From an uncultured virus (IMG/VR IMGVR_UViG_3300027714_000006) (lineage: Duplodnaviria; Heunggongvirae; Uroviricota; Caudoviricetes): a stretch of 64,000 nt of DNA. Position 1 is the first letter of the stretch. Every line of letters begins with the position of its first letter. Position numbers and translations under genes: made by a program. The DNA is taken from the IMG/VR virus record IMGVR_UViG_3300027714_000006; one strand, given 5' to 3'. Positions 53,001-61,932 of this stretch are shown here, one piece after another. The notes beneath the pieces were generated by a model that saw nothing but the letters and a program-made list of their open reading frames with translations, was not told the origin of the DNA and ran no database searches.

Positions 53001-53667
53001 AAGACCTTCAGATAAGGTAGGGGCACACACTAGAGGTAAAAATAGTATAAGTTATGGGATATCAATGGTAGCGAATTGTGCAAAAAAAGGTACATACGAT
53101 TCCACACCTACTGGTACTAACCCTTATGCTACTACAGCCCAGAAAGAGTCTTTAGTTAATCTATTAGTTTATCTTTTATTTAAATCTAGGATTTTAATTG
53201 TTGTGTATGGCCAAGCAATGCCGGGGTTATTGAGGGACGAGTCAGGTTCAACTCTAAGGATATTTTTCCCGGATGATACTGACCAAGAACACAAACAAGC
53301 TGATACGAATCCAATACCAGTAAGTTATTTAAAGAAAGTAATTTATGGTCATAACCAATTCGCTAGTAAAAGATGTCCGTGTTTTAAAGTACCTGACGCT
53401 TTAAATGGTAATTTCGGTACTGATTTACAAAATAAAATTATGGAATATATGTCAGCGGCTGTTAGTTGGACAACAAGTTACGGTGATAGTAGTATGAAAA
53501 TAGACGCAAAAGGGAATCCTTTAAATGAGACGGAAGCTACGTCGTTTTACACCGATAACGGATTTACCTATTTACCTTTTATGGGTGGATGGACCGTTAA
53601 CAGTCCAAAACCAGTGTTTTATAAGGATGGGGATTTCACATGGGAAAATAGAAGAGATATAACTTAA
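47050..53667 (+). CDS. Giant baseplate hub protein with C-terminal Amidase_2 (N-acetylmuramoyl-L-alanine amidase)
   Basis: Hub motifs FGIESIQI...FVDVRG and CKVEAMGNATIQP...YLITKVTHSI; amidase IVVHVTA...GIGYHYLI...GAHTRGKNS...GHNQF...KRCP. Confidence 0.75.
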   Translation: MADEIINSENILVEFNENNIILCDPNKVVKDGKPEARLARHENLVIYANLRAKIVPRSKIIVGDAVQAESFVDLFDGEVSFLREQKAGQPRQYMTSDWTEQFTNPEVNQQKVVNTTDPNTQQQVPRVQIDNKLDTGSFGIESIQISMNSAWIPTVTINFVDVRGKTLFEQGANSPYSVFFHMPYPLFLLTIKGFYGKAVTYQLMMHKFNASFDPGSGNYKVTCNFVGRTYALLSDITAAEILNAPYMYSRTYDFASEDDENKKSLVSTRGYQTMKEIYQIYKRKDILPDALPELTISELVQRIDSLEKAIEEGLDDVEMDSLDDVKSYEAHIDSLRARIIGPASWSYRNMATTEPPNYTSIGTGALYYTWKDKIGEDPQKRKDSLDELKTIISEGVGRLEKNATFGIGKKVNIDGKKQTLKIDVDISFEDIFLGADTIDGAPENVEYFLFTLDPNSFDEKLANIYEEFNKKRQSLEKDVSKRINAIVESDKGLGFSPTIRNVFGMLCASVDTFLRLMDDVHTDSMSVRDDKKRLEVVNTMGTTSVEPILPKDNFVYPWPSYYVRQENENGGQDFVLTYPAARSVIRQTEAYKFEKWPEVGFVEEYLRASTLRGKTPNLGLDQESGESSGYGPVTAIGYGLDENFYDNISQAPFMYEIYDRSVMCSFFSGINTRLASDSSLLTMRALGGLESVNISKLSTTSYNLQEKLKNQNFDYQTFLDYLREISPLTNWPLLVRNNYSTPYIREEILERNFSITSIDDFKKYRNRVKEDDSLTLIKKFISKPKIRNDKQIYDTYPFVYPLDPQVAVGDWIKNNLANCEAQSGYVKPSYQEFYNIDKNIDIDTEFNKYGFFTDTQLKIDGNKTQNSTYYTDNFFKNWTSLISRRNELITPGLYANWPKYYKDTVLGWNTLGNTTKGKNQLRFLTEGKITYKIGAGVPETDSPGVETEFSRLGTQIASMLNTPYFTNAIKEGTINEMNDSPYAYKNAAFLFVNSLPVPTTREKLLESIDDVNIINDRKITYGDYAFANLNQLAAVHRIPYAWILKYGALWHRYKQHVNFGTDTLTSVWKDFDAAKAFNPNSVAPQLSHQYTLSLGNGGTQILFSSERPIGGNFEKIDLGFYPEMINLTNYFVTGSLLFSTNYTSPEIDFYINNDLLNVKRSDGVTILANPGFDTSNPQRDMSCSFWYSYYDMEKDSLYSGHSSSYLLYPSTGGLKYAQTKNEFFDSVGTLKKEIYGSKSTHNGATRFAWGLSPYGFFEHNETSFPPPDRYIKKIDTKHNSQDDFDILFCENDNECYDTIEEIFDIFDDNILDNFEEYFLNFSSSSSKFNNNMAGLNPGNPNSGTTITTPYGNFGSGDIKNFQSLMRSFIILEKDRVGAPSNNSTDFGKQLANAQTKKLHEKLKLFLGINVALRLSNPNQLDLLSLRSFVGETDYYDFGTYGYNLPPDITLAASETSNTLEFRALRTKLGFFSDDFLKYSDTGSYVFDFFRVMDVEFSTPNIERLYTIIRQYITYVTLNGPITRTEFIGYLSTGLDDLYQGQIQMLEETFLKVKEVMPDTPEEKVGEFQSMLESDEQKLELYLQFQTLNNKWISGTDVQNKTIFEDFMFLDRANRDIGSTAIMDVYALKSFTNPENAGASFYNLLGSLLDSNYFLFLPLPTYINFYGTQTVNNEALSRFTSTEEANSLFGTHLEVDTVDTGPKFICMYVGERSQHPDMQTDQYRYKTDSFLLGRTADNPLFNVCDNPGKCNKVVAFAVDFGLENQNMFKGISLDQADFQNTSETFSLTQQIADSQSGRDIATQGTSLFNVYRSRSYTCKVEAMGNATIQPTMYFMLRHVPMFNGPYLITKVTHSITPNDMNTSFEGVRSPFYKLPDISNLVARVNKSYLNRVKKKREIERSQGGFNPEGTKYTDPPGFTSSSKPGPNGSIRMIVVHVTAGEDYGPNPVIEINRQHINRGFSGIGYHYLISRGTGGSQPDGVIMAGRPSDKVGAHTRGKNSISYGISMVANCAKKGTYDSTPTGTNPYATTAQKESLVNLLVYLLFKSRILIVVYGQAMPGLLRDESGSTLRIFFPDDTDQEHKQADTNPIPVSYLKKVIYGHNQFASKRCPCFKVPDALNGNFGTDLQNKIMEYMSAAVSWTTSYGDSSMKIDAKGNPLNETEATSFYTDNGFTYLPFMGGWTVNSPKPVFYKDGDFTWENRRDIT

Positions 53668-53707
53668 CATTTGTTTAATAACTGTATATTTATAATAAAA
53701 AGCAATT

Positions 53708-53914
53708 ATGTCAGAAAAATTAGAAAACACATTAAACAATTTTCTTGGTAACGAGAAAAGAAGAATTAAAGAAACCAACCTAGGTAATGGTATGACTGAA
53801 GTTTGTGATTTGGAGACAGGGGAATGTCACACAATCAAAACTAAAGATGGCTTAGTAGAAAAGGTTAATAAAACAATGATAACAGAAGATGGTAGGACTC
53901 TTTTAAATGGCTAA
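53708..53914 (+). CDS. Conserved small hypothetical protein
   Basis: 68 aa, VCDLETGEC...ITEDGRTLL; TATTTAT at 53687. Confidence 0.7.
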   Translation: MSEKLENTLNNFLGNEKRRIKETNLGNGMTEVCDLETGECHTIKTKDGLVEKVNKTMITEDGRTLLNG

Positions 53915-54680
53915 TATGAAAGTAGATAAAATTTTAACAGAAGAAATTAAAAGGTTTAATGAGATAGGTGGGTACGTAAACAACCTAGACGAAATGACTT
54001 TAGGTTTTGCCGCGGCAAACCCTTGGGGTAAAACTGAATTAGGTGAACAAGAAACTGATGCTCCTGAAGAAGATATGGATTTAGAAGATACTGAAGGTGG
54101 AGATGACTTAGAGATGTCATCGGTAGAAGTACCTGGTGGTGACGAAGAAATGGACATGGACATGGACATGGATGTTGAAGGTGGTGATGAAGAAATGGAG
54201 ACTGAAACTACTGACGATTCCGGTGGTACCGAAGAAGTGGATGTTACTGATATTGTGGATACAGCGAAAGAAGCAAGTGATAAGGCTGGTAAAGCATCTG
54301 AGGGGATAGATAAACAAAGTGGAAAAATCGATAGTTTATTGTCTAAATTAGATAACTTAGAATCTAAATTAGGTGATATGGACCAAGTTATGGCTAATAT
54401 AGAAGCCCTTGAAGGTCAAATTGAATCACTAAGACCCCCAACCCCAAAAGAAAGATTAGAAATGAGGTCATTGGATAGTGGGCCATTTAACCAAACACCA
54501 GATGACTTTTTTGCAGAAAAAAAGCCAGAGATGGAAAAGTCAGGAAAAAATGAGTATGTTTTAACACAAGAAGACGTAGAAAATTATAATGACGCTGAAA
54601 TAGAAGCTAGTTTAGATGGTCCAGAGAAAGAAGAAACTAATGAAAACGATTATGAAAGAAAGTTAAAAGTGTTTAGATAA
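53907..54680 (+). CDS. Acidic coiled-coil protein (scaffold/internal-protein-like)
   Basis: ILTEEIKRF N-terminus, DMDMDMD acidic tract, EEVDVTDIV and a coiled coil. Confidence 0.55.
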   Translation: MANMKVDKILTEEIKRFNEIGGYVNNLDEMTLGFAAANPWGKTELGEQETDAPEEDMDLEDTEGGDDLEMSSVEVPGGDEEMDMDMDMDVEGGDEEMETETTDDSGGTEEVDVTDIVDTAKEASDKAGKASEGIDKQSGKIDSLLSKLDNLESKLGDMDQVMANIEALEGQIESLRPPTPKERLEMRSLDSGPFNQTPDDFFAEKKPEMEKSGKNEYVLTQEDVENYNDAEIEASLDGPEKEETNENDYERKLKVFR

Positions 54681-54712
54681 TATTCTCGACAAAAAATAAT
54701 TTAAAATAATTG

Positions 54713-54741
54713 GACGGGGACTTTACCTCGTCTTTTTTTTT
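54713..54741 (+). terminator. Rho-independent terminator overlapping the next promoter
   Basis: GACGGGG-ACTTTA-CCTCGTC followed by a T-tract. Confidence 0.75.
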
Positions 54742-54750
54742 GTCTATATT
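54722..54750 (+). promoter_or_regulatory. sigma70-like promoter for the replication operon
   Basis: TTTACC-N17-TATATT upstream of SSB. Confidence 0.45.
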
Positions 54751-54800
54751 TTAAATAAAAATTCGAATATAAAATTAACTAATTAAAAAAAAACAAAATT

Positions 54801-55670
54801 ATGAGTAGCTTAGACGCAATCCTTAACCAGTACGAGAAAAACCAGACACCAAACACACAAAAGAAATTTGTGAGTAACGAAGATAGATTAAAAAAATACT
54901 TTGCCGCTTTCCTACCTAAAGGACAAAAAGATGGTGAAAAACAAGTAAGAATTCTACCGACAAAAGACGGGTCATCACCATTTAAAGAAGTGTGGTTCCA
55001 TGAAGTTCAAATTCAAGGAAGATGGCAAAAATTATACGACCCAGGTAAAAACGCAGATGGGTCACCTACTGGAGATAGAAGTCCTTTAAATGATGTTGAA
55101 GAGGCTTTAAAACTTACTGGTAATGCACAAGATAAAGATTTAGCTAGACAATACAGGTCTAGAAAGTTTTACATAGTTAAAGTTGTAGATAGACAAAATG
55201 AAGAAGATGGTGTTAAATTCTGGAGATTTAAACACAATTATAAAGGTGACGGTATTATGGATAAACTAGTACCACTATTCCAAAAAAGGGGTGATATTAC
55301 AGACCAAAAAGAAGGTAGAGACATCACACTAATCCTTAAACAAGTTAAATCACCAAACGGTGTAACATATACGTCAGTAAGTACTATTATGACAGAAGAC
55401 CCATCAACATTAAGTGATGACGCGACTTCAAGGGAAGAGTGGTTAGGTAATGACGAAGTTTGGAAAGATGTTTACGCACAGAAAACTGTAGAGTACTTAG
55501 AAGCTATCTCAAAAGGTGAAACACCAGAGTGGGATAGTGAACTTAAAAAATATGTGTATTCAGGCTCAGAACAAACAGAGATGAATACTGATACAAAACA
55601 AACAGAAACAGAAAAAGAAATTACGGACCCACAAAGTAATTCCCCACAAGATGAGGATTTACCATTTTAA
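54801..55670 (+). CDS. Single-stranded DNA-binding protein (gp32-like)
   Basis: VRILP...PFKEVWFH, GVKFWRF, DITDQKEGRDI and acidic C-terminus DEDLPF. Confidence 0.85.
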   Translation: MSSLDAILNQYEKNQTPNTQKKFVSNEDRLKKYFAAFLPKGQKDGEKQVRILPTKDGSSPFKEVWFHEVQIQGRWQKLYDPGKNADGSPTGDRSPLNDVEEALKLTGNAQDKDLARQYRSRKFYIVKVVDRQNEEDGVKFWRFKHNYKGDGIMDKLVPLFQKRGDITDQKEGRDITLILKQVKSPNGVTYTSVSTIMTEDPSTLSDDATSREEWLGNDEVWKDVYAQKTVEYLEAISKGETPEWDSELKKYVYSGSEQTEMNTDTKQTETEKEITDPQSNSPQDEDLPF

Positions 55671-55679
55671 TAAAAAGAT

Positions 55680-56675
55680 ATGGCAATAAAGAAAAAGAAT
55701 TTTTCAGAGATTAAACAAAAGTTTTCTAAGAAAGCAATATACAAAGCAGATAGGTTTTTTGATTTGGGTGAAGCCTTTATAGACGCGACCGGATTACCCG
55801 GTCCGGCTATGGGGCACATCAATATGATGTTAGGACATAGTGATACTGGTAAGACCACAGCATTAGTTAAAACAGCTGTTGATGCCCAGAAAAAAAACAT
55901 ATTACCAGTTTTTTTAATCACTGAACAAAAATGGGATTTCGACCACGCTAAATTAATGGGTCTAGATTGTGAAAAAACTGAGACTGGGGAATGGGACGGA
56001 TTTTTCCTCTTTAATAACGACTTCCAATACATAGAACAGATTACCGACTATATTAACGAACTTATCGACGCTCAACTTAAAGGTGAGTTAGAATACGACT
56101 TATTGTTTTTATGGGATTCTGTTGGTTCTGTACCTTGTCAAATGACTTTTGAAGGTAAAGGTGGGAAAATGCATAACGCGGCCGCATTAGCTGATAAAGT
56201 GGGCATGGGGATTAACCAAAGAATTTCAGGGAGTAGAAAGGAAAGTGCGAAATACATGAACACACTAGTGGTAGTAAATCAACCCTGGGTTGAACTACCA
56301 GACAACCCATTCGGTCAACCAAAAATAAAAGCTAAAGGAGGTGAAGCTCTTTGGTTAAACTCAACTCTAGTTTTCCTATTTGGGAATCAAAAAAACGCTG
56401 GTATAGGGAAAATAACGGCCACAAAAGAAAAAAGAAAGATTAAATTTGCTACTAGAAGTAAAGTTTCTGTTATGAAAAACCACGTTAATGGGTTAGGATA
56501 CGACGATGGTAAGATTTTAATAGTAGCACACGGGTTTTTAAAAGGTAGAGACAAAAAAGACGAAAAGGAATCTATTGATACGTATAAAGAACAAAATTCC
56601 TCATATTGGAATAGGATTATAGGTAGTGAAGGTGGATTCAACATCTCTGATGAAGAGACTGGAGAGTTGTACTAA
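55680..56675 (+). CDS. uvsX: RecA/UvsX-like recombinase
   Basis: Walker A GHSDTGKT, WDSVGS, VVNQ and KGGEAL. Confidence 0.88.
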   Translation: MAIKKKNFSEIKQKFSKKAIYKADRFFDLGEAFIDATGLPGPAMGHINMMLGHSDTGKTTALVKTAVDAQKKNILPVFLITEQKWDFDHAKLMGLDCEKTETGEWDGFFLFNNDFQYIEQITDYINELIDAQLKGELEYDLLFLWDSVGSVPCQMTFEGKGGKMHNAAALADKVGMGINQRISGSRKESAKYMNTLVVVNQPWVELPDNPFGQPKIKAKGGEALWLNSTLVFLFGNQKNAGIGKITATKEKRKIKFATRSKVSVMKNHVNGLGYDDGKILIVAHGFLKGRDKKDEKESIDTYKEQNSSYWNRIIGSEGGFNISDEETGELY

Positions 56676-56705
56676 AAATGTTGTTTAACCTATAAAAAAT
56701 TACCA

Positions 56706-57713
56706 GTGATACACACTCTTATTATTGACGGAAATTCCCTATTTAAAATAGGGTTCCATGGTGTAAAAAACTTTTACAATGACGAACAACATGTGGGGGC
56801 TATCTTTCATTTTGTCAACACAATTAAAAAAAGTTTGATAGATGATGGATACGATAAGGTTGTTGTTTTTTGGGATGGACAAAAACACAATGTTAAACGA
56901 AGAGAACTGTACCCACCTTATAAAGTTGGGAGAAAACGGGATATGGTCAGAGAAGATAGTGAATCCTTCCAATACCAACACAACAGAGTTAAAGAATACC
57001 TAGAAGATTTATTTATAAGACAAGGAGAGTATGAATATGCGGAAGCAGATGACTGTATAGCGTACTATTGTCAAAACTCCCCAGAAGAAAAAAAGACAAT
57101 TTATACTGTAGATAAAGATTTAACACAATTAATATCGGAAGATGTGAAAGTATATCTTGCGTCTACAAAAACTGAACTAACATATAAAGATAAAATACCT
57201 TTAAGACATATTTCTGTACCACCATGTAATATACCTTTAGTTAAAATTTTGGTAGGTGATAGTTCAGATAATTTTGGTGGTATAGAAAAGTTAGGTGAAA
57301 AAACTTTATTAAAAATGTTTCCAAAAGTTGTAGAAGAATACATTAATTTTGATTATATTTTTGATATTAGTAAGGAAATTATTAATGAATCTCCTAAGAA
57401 TGTTATAGCTAATAACATCCTTAATGGTAAAAGTAGAGAAGGTGAGTTTGGTTTGGATTTTTATTCTATGGGGACTAAATTAATAGATTTAAAAAAACCT
57501 ATACTAAAAGAAGAAAGTAAGAAGGAAATAGACGAATTGATTAACTCACCACTGGACCCAACAGGGAGACACTGGAAAAACGTTATGAAATTAATGATGG
57601 AAGATGGGTTATTTAGGTTTCTACCAAAAAAAGACGATGGTTGGTCAGAATACTTACAACCTTTTATAATATTAGGAAGAACAGAAAAGAAAAAATATAA
57701 AAAATTAAAATAA
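56706..57713 (+). CDS. 5'-3' exonuclease / RNase H (FEN-like)
   Basis: LIIDGNS, VFWDG, YKVGR, EADDCIA, DKDLTQL and GDSSDN...GEKT; GTG start. Confidence 0.9.
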   Translation: MIHTLIIDGNSLFKIGFHGVKNFYNDEQHVGAIFHFVNTIKKSLIDDGYDKVVVFWDGQKHNVKRRELYPPYKVGRKRDMVREDSESFQYQHNRVKEYLEDLFIRQGEYEYAEADDCIAYYCQNSPEEKKTIYTVDKDLTQLISEDVKVYLASTKTELTYKDKIPLRHISVPPCNIPLVKILVGDSSDNFGGIEKLGEKTLLKMFPKVVEEYINFDYIFDISKEIINESPKNVIANNILNGKSREGEFGLDFYSMGTKLIDLKKPILKEESKKEIDELINSPLDPTGRHWKNVMKLMMEDGLFRFLPKKDDGWSEYLQPFIILGRTEKKKYKKLK

Positions 57714-57721
57714 ACAATGCT

Positions 57722-58180
57722 ATGAAAATTAAGAATGATAATTTAAAAGATATAACAAAATTTGAGTTTCTATTAACCATTGACGACAACATTATTTGTC
57801 AAAGATACTTCAATGTTAGGAAATATAACTCAAAAACAATGGACAGTATTGATGTGCATGATACCATGTGTGACATATCAAGCGGGCTAGAAGAAGAGCT
57901 CATAAATAAGTCTATTGACAGACTTTATGACGAATATAACCCTTATCGGTTTAAGAAAGAATCTGATGACAAACTGACTATTGTTGATAAACCTACATTA
58001 TGGGATGAAAAATTTCATCTTATTTTAAAGCTAAATGGAAACGAGGTATACCACAGAATTTTACCTGCAGGGATATACCCACCCAAGGTAAGATATACTG
58101 TGGACATTAGACCTATCATACCTAGAATCTTGAATGAGTTATCGGACACTTTGTCACGTAAACAACTTAGCTATTATTAG
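57722..58180 (+). CDS. Hypothetical protein
   Basis: 152-aa ORF within the replication operon. Confidence 0.7.
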   Translation: MKIKNDNLKDITKFEFLLTIDDNIICQRYFNVRKYNSKTMDSIDVHDTMCDISSGLEEELINKSIDRLYDEYNPYRFKKESDDKLTIVDKPTLWDEKFHLILKLNGNEVYHRILPAGIYPPKVRYTVDIRPIIPRILNELSDTLSRKQLSYY

Positions 58181-58223
58181 CAGAGAATACACATACTAAA
58201 ACTATTTATTGTTACACTAAAAG

Positions 58224-59612
58224 ATGCACATGACTACTACTAATGAAAATTTTGGATACCTAGGAAATAACTTCCAACTCAAACTAATTAATCAAATAAT
58301 AACCGACAAAAAATTTGCAGCGATAATTCTCGATGTTATAGATTCTCGCTATTTTGATAATCAATATTATAGATTGATTATGCAGATGGTAAAAGAATAC
58401 TATGAGAAGTATCAAACCACACCTTCTTTCGAGGCTTTAGACCAAATCACTAGAATAGAAGTGACTTCTGAAATGGCACAAAGAAATATATTTGATATGT
58501 TGGTGGAAATTAAAAAAATATCATATGAAGACCATTTATGGGTACAAGAAAAATCTCTTAAATTCTGTAAACAACAAGAATTAAAAAAAGCTATTAAAAA
58601 AGTTAATAAAATTTTAGAGAAGGGGGATTTCGAATCCTATGATAAATGTGAAGAGTATATAAGGGATGCCATTCAGGTAGGTGAGGATGGTGAAGGAGCT
58701 ATGGATGTGTTTTCTAAGTTAGATGAGGCACTACAAGAAGATTTTAGACACCCAGTACCGACAGGAATAACTGGTATAGATAATTTATTAGATGGTGGTT
58801 TAGCTAAAGGTGAAATAGGTGTTTTTTTAGCACCAACCGGGGTTGGTAAAACAACAATGTTAACTAAAATAGCTAATGAAGCTTATAATGCTGGGTATAA
58901 TGTATTACAAATATTTTTTGAAGATAACCCTAAAATTATACAACGTAAACATATAACTTGTTGGACGAAAATACCATCAAAACAACAATCAGCAAAAAAA
59001 GAAGAGGTTTTAGAACTATTAGATAAAAGTAGGACAAAAGGTAGGTTAATATTGGAAAAATTACCATCAGATAGTATTACAATGAATAACATAAAAAATA
59101 AAATAAGAAAATTAGTATCAGAAGGTAATAAATTTGATGTGATAGTTTTAGATTATATAGATTGTGTTATACCTAGTAAAAGTTTTGAAAATGAATGGAA
59201 AGGTGAGGGGGCAGTTATGAGACAGTTCGAAACTATGTGCACAGAAATGGATATGGTGGGTTGGACAGCAGCACAAGGGAATAGAACTTCTATAGGTTCT
59301 GATGTTGTAACGACAGATATGATGGGTGGGTCGATAAAAAAAGCACAAGTTGGTCACGTAATCATATCTATTGCTAAGACATTACAACAAAAAGAATTAG
59401 GGTTAGCGACTATTGCAATAACTAAGTCAAGGATAGGTCAAGACGGTATCGTATTTGAAAACTGTAAGTTTGATAACGAGTTTTTGGAAATAGATACCGC
59501 ACAATCACAAACTTTCCTAGGTGTAGAAGAGGATAAGGAACAAAGAAATAGAGATAGGGTCTCTCAGGCTCTACAGAGAAGAGAACAAATAATTAATAAA
59601 AATAAAAGTTAA
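58224..59612 (+). CDS. dnaB: Replicative DnaB-like helicase (gp41-like)
   Basis: TGITGIDNLLDGG, APTGVGKT, LDYIDC, WTAAQGNR and KSRIG. Confidence 0.9.
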   Translation: MHMTTTNENFGYLGNNFQLKLINQIITDKKFAAIILDVIDSRYFDNQYYRLIMQMVKEYYEKYQTTPSFEALDQITRIEVTSEMAQRNIFDMLVEIKKISYEDHLWVQEKSLKFCKQQELKKAIKKVNKILEKGDFESYDKCEEYIRDAIQVGEDGEGAMDVFSKLDEALQEDFRHPVPTGITGIDNLLDGGLAKGEIGVFLAPTGVGKTTMLTKIANEAYNAGYNVLQIFFEDNPKIIQRKHITCWTKIPSKQQSAKKEEVLELLDKSRTKGRLILEKLPSDSITMNNIKNKIRKLVSEGNKFDVIVLDYIDCVIPSKSFENEWKGEGAVMRQFETMCTEMDMVGWTAAQGNRTSIGSDVVTTDMMGGSIKKAQVGHVIISIAKTLQQKELGLATIAITKSRIGQDGIVFENCKFDNEFLEIDTAQSQTFLGVEEDKEQRNRDRVSQALQRREQIINKNKS

Positions 59613-59617
59613 AATAT

Positions 59618-61537
59618 ATGGAAGTATCAAATAAAATTTTATCAGACATCACTGTTTATATGAAGTATGCGAAGTACATCCCGGAGTTAAATAGAAGAGA
59701 GACATGGGAAGAATTGGTAACACGTAATAAAAATATGCATATAAAAAGATACCCACACCTAGTGGATGATATCGAAGAAAAATATAAATTGGTATATAAT
59801 AAAAAAGTTCTACCATCAATGAGGAGTATGCAATTCGGTGGTAAACCAATTGAGATATCCCCAAACAGAATTTATAACTGTGCTTATCTACCTATAGACC
59901 ACGTGGATTCATTTTCAGAAACAATGTTCTTATTGTTAGGTGGTACAGGGGTAGGTTATTCAGTACAAAGACATCACGTATTAAAATTACCAGTAATTCA
60001 AAAACCGTACCCAAAGAAAAAAAGAAGATTTTTGATTGGGGACTCTATTGAAGGGTGGGCAGACGCAATTAAAGTTTTAATGAAATCATATATGAATGGT
60101 GGTGGTAGTAAAATAGAATTTGATTATTCGGACGTAAGACCAAAAGGAGCTAGATTAATTACCTCAGGAGGTAAAGCACCAGGACCACAACCACTAAAAG
60201 AATGTCTGGTTAAGATTGAAGGTACACTATCCCAAAAAGAAAATGGGGATAGGTTATCTACATTAGAAGTTCATGACATTATTTGTTATATAGCAGATGC
60301 TGTATTAGCTGGTGGTATTAGGAGAGCCGCACTAATTAGTTTATTCTCAGCTGATGACGACTCAATGATTGGTTGTAAATCAGGTAATTGGTGGGAACTT
60401 AACCCACAAAGAGGTAGAGCAAACAACTCAGCTTGTTTAATGAGACATAAAATCACTAAAGAATTCTTTATGGAGTTATGGAAGAGGGTTGAATTATCTG
60501 GAGCAGGGGAACCTGGAATTTATTTAAACAATGACAAAGATTGGGGAACAAACCCATGTTGTGAAATTGCCTTAAGACCATACCAATTCTGTAACCTATG
60601 TGAAGTTAATGTCTCAAATATTGAATCCCAAGAAGACCTAAATGAGAGAGTAAAAACAGCAGCATTTATCGGTACACTACAAGCAGGGTATACTGAATTT
60701 CATTATCTAAGAGACGTGTGGAGAGAAACAACAGAAAAAGAGGCTTTAATTGGTGTATCAATGACGGGTATTGGTTCTGGTAAAGTATTAAAGTATGATA
60801 TGAAAAAAGCCGCAAGTTTGGTTAAGAGAGAAAACACAAGAGTGTCTAAGTTATTAGGGATAAATCAGGCAGCAAGAACCACAACAGTTAAACCTGCAGG
60901 AACAACATCATTAACATTAGGTACATCATCTGGTATTCATGCATGGCATAACGAACATTATATTCGAAGAGTTAGGGTGGGTAAAAATGAAGCTATTTAT
61001 TCTTACTTAAACATTAATCACCCAGAACTTCTAGAGGATGATTACTTTAGACCACATGACACAGCAGTCATTAGTATACCACAAAAAGCACCAAAAAATT
61101 CCATACTAAGAACTGAATCACCATTTGATTTATTAGAAAGAGTAAAAAAAGTCGCTACTGAATGGGTAAGGTCAGGACATAGAAAAGGTTCTAATTCTCA
61201 CAATGTATCGGCTACCATATCATTAAAGGAAGACGAATGGGATTTGGCAGGAGAATGGATGTGGGCCAATAGAAAACACTACAATGGTTTATCGGTATTA
61301 CCTTATGATGGAGGTTCTTATATACAAGCACCATTCGAAGATATAACCGAAGAGAAATATAAAGAGATGTTGAAAACATTAATTGATATAGATTTATCTA
61401 GAGTTGTTGAATTAGACGATAATACTGATTTATCTGGTGAATTAGCTTGTGCAGGTGGTAGTTGTGAAATTGATGTTGATTTAAAAGAATTGAGTAAAGA
61501 TGGTTCTACAAAAGAAATTGGTGAAACACAAATATAG
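59618..61537 (+). CDS. nrdJ: Class II (adenosylcobalamin-dependent) ribonucleotide reductase
   Basis: NCAY, GTGVG, NPCCEI, TTVKPAGT and C-terminal ACAGGSC; no beta subunit adjacent. Confidence 0.88.
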   Translation: MEVSNKILSDITVYMKYAKYIPELNRRETWEELVTRNKNMHIKRYPHLVDDIEEKYKLVYNKKVLPSMRSMQFGGKPIEISPNRIYNCAYLPIDHVDSFSETMFLLLGGTGVGYSVQRHHVLKLPVIQKPYPKKKRRFLIGDSIEGWADAIKVLMKSYMNGGGSKIEFDYSDVRPKGARLITSGGKAPGPQPLKECLVKIEGTLSQKENGDRLSTLEVHDIICYIADAVLAGGIRRAALISLFSADDDSMIGCKSGNWWELNPQRGRANNSACLMRHKITKEFFMELWKRVELSGAGEPGIYLNNDKDWGTNPCCEIALRPYQFCNLCEVNVSNIESQEDLNERVKTAAFIGTLQAGYTEFHYLRDVWRETTEKEALIGVSMTGIGSGKVLKYDMKKAASLVKRENTRVSKLLGINQAARTTTVKPAGTTSLTLGTSSGIHAWHNEHYIRRVRVGKNEAIYSYLNINHPELLEDDYFRPHDTAVISIPQKAPKNSILRTESPFDLLERVKKVATEWVRSGHRKGSNSHNVSATISLKEDEWDLAGEWMWANRKHYNGLSVLPYDGGSYIQAPFEDITEEKYKEMLKTLIDIDLSRVVELDDNTDLSGELACAGGSCEIDVDLKELSKDGSTKEIGETQI

Positions 61538-61715
61538 TAAAGAAACATTATATCACTTTAACTGTGGTGAATGTAGTAAATGGTGGTCAATAGCTGACTA
61601 CCATTTCTTTTCTAAAGACGTACCAAAAAACAAAGAAAAGGTACCTAATTTATTAATATGTCCTCATTGTGGGTACAAAGAAGGAATAAAGGAGATAAAA
61701 GATGAAAAGAAGTGA
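61521..61715 (+). CDS. Small zinc-ribbon protein
   Basis: CGEC...CPHC; start is GTG 61521 or ATG 61500. Confidence 0.6.
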   Translation: MKHKYSKETLYHFNCGECSKWWSIADYHFFSKDVPKNKEKVPNLLICPHCGYKEGIKEIKDEKK

Positions 61716-61932
61716 CGATTTGATAACAAATTCATATCACCAGTTTTGTTTTCTAGAAACAAAAAAAGATTATTATTTAGAAAACGGAGATGTTATAATG
61801 ACGGAACAATACCATGTGAAAAGAGGTACTTGTTGTGGTAGTGGGTGTAGACATTGTCCTTTTTCACCACCCAACCAAAAAATGAATACACAATTAAGGG
61901 AAGGTATAGGAACTTATAAAGATAAAGAATAA
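61702..61932 (+). CDS. DUF5522-like Cys-rich protein
   Basis: YHVKRGTCCGSGCRHCPF. Confidence 0.75.
   Translation: MKRSDDLITNSYHQFCFLETKKDYYLENGDVIMTEQYHVKRGTCCGSGCRHCPFSPPNQKMNTQLREGIGTYKDKE

Noticed and set aside
58170..58200. Stop-codon reassignment or readthrough (TAG at 58178 followed by a short coding-looking tail)
   Set aside because: Long genes are intact under the standard code and TAG, TAA and TGA all end genes normally; one case cannot be assessed without homologs.
22760..61537. Inteins or introns in polB, helicases or nrdJ
   Set aside because: The ORFs are continuous and of ordinary size, with no intein splice motifs or homing endonuclease signatures seen.
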